Positions 63,850 to 64,000 of a stretch of DNA of 64,000 nt are shown here, one piece after another. The translations under genes were made by a program, and so were the position numbers. Each line of letters opens with the position of its first letter. Positions within the stretch are counted from its first letter, which is position 1. The notes under the pieces are model-generated. The model had not been told where the DNA came from. It saw nothing but the letters and a program-made list of their open reading frames with translations, and did not search any database. This DNA is from Bryobacterales bacterium (GTDB taxonomy: Bacteria > Acidobacteriota > Terriglobia > Bryobacterales > Bryobacteraceae): contig JADZCI010000096.1 of NCBI GenBank assembly GCA_020851655.1, forward strand, positions 14,698-78,697, in the 5' to 3' direction.

Positions 63850-64000
63850 ATGCTCTACTGGCTCTTCTACGAACGGCTCTTCCCGCAATTCAGCCCTTTT
63901 CGTGTCTTCAGCTACATCACATTTCGCACCGCGGCGGCCAGTCTTGCCGCTTTGTTGTTGTGTATCCTGCTCGGTCCGTGGATGATCTCGTGGCTGCGCC
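63850..64000 (+). CDS. mraY: phospho-N-acetylmuramoyl-pentapeptide transferase (5' partial, runs off the window)
   Basis: My own translation from the ATG at 63850: MLYWLFYERLFPQFSPFRVFSYITFRTAAASLAALLLCILLGPWMISWLR, the typical MraY N-terminus. This ORF is not in the ORF track because it is truncated. Confidence 0.85.
   Translation, partial: MLYWLFYERLFPQFSPFRVFSYITFRTAAASLAALLLCILLGPWMISWLR

Noticed and set aside
1-64000. CRISPR arrays, rRNA/tRNA genes, IS elements or transposases
   Set aside because: No regularly spaced direct repeats, no transposase- or integrase-like ORF, and no intergenic region long enough for rRNA. Intergenic gaps are at most about 280 bp. tRNAscan or Infernal would be needed to fully exclude small RNAs.

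Overview
High-GC bacterial chromosomal segment. The gene content (several sulfatases, CRTAC1/ASPIC-TPR proteins, HpnJ/HpnI, form II CODH) suggests an Acidobacteriota-like soil bacterium, but that is inference only. All calls come from reading the supplied ORF translations and the DNA; no database search was run.

Layout:
- 26-5744: housekeeping genes (metallophosphoesterase, uvrC, a small TPR protein, SAM-methyltransferase, pfk), plus an unusual pair of a small HU-like protein and an HU-like/TIR-domain fusion.
- 6027-20271: a tightly packed, single-strand, roughly 14 kb tailed-phage cluster containing only structural and packaging genes. In order: TerL, portal, scaffold, P22-coat-like capsid, connectors, major tail, G/GT chaperone with an A_AAA_AAC -1 frameshift site, a short tape measure, two paralogous distal-tail proteins and a 1306-aa J-like host-specificity protein. 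No integrase, repressor, replication or lysis genes and no tRNA/att occur anywhere in the window, and both flanks are housekeeping genes. It is therefore a GTA-like or domesticated phage-particle candidate, and the most interesting item here.
- 20277-25222: DPP-IV peptidase, ruvX, mltG, a hypothetical gene and an EamA transporter.
- 25319-28558: hpnJ, two small EamA half-transporters and an hpnI-like glycosyltransferase, all joined by start/stop overlaps.
- 28572-35754: fdhD with a YdeP-like molybdoenzyme, divergent from a form II CODH-like coxSLMG operon.
- 35764-52531: three sulfatases and a GH78 rhamnosidase. Embedded in this array is a double operon of circularly permuted ATP-grasp, alpha-E and transglutaminase genes of unknown function.
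- 52553-56856: a TPR protein and a CRTAC1-TPR protein.
- 56997-64000: start of the dcw cluster (mraZ, rsmH, ftsL, ftsI with a PASTA domain, murE, murF, partial mraY).

No rRNA, tRNA or CRISPR array was recognised.
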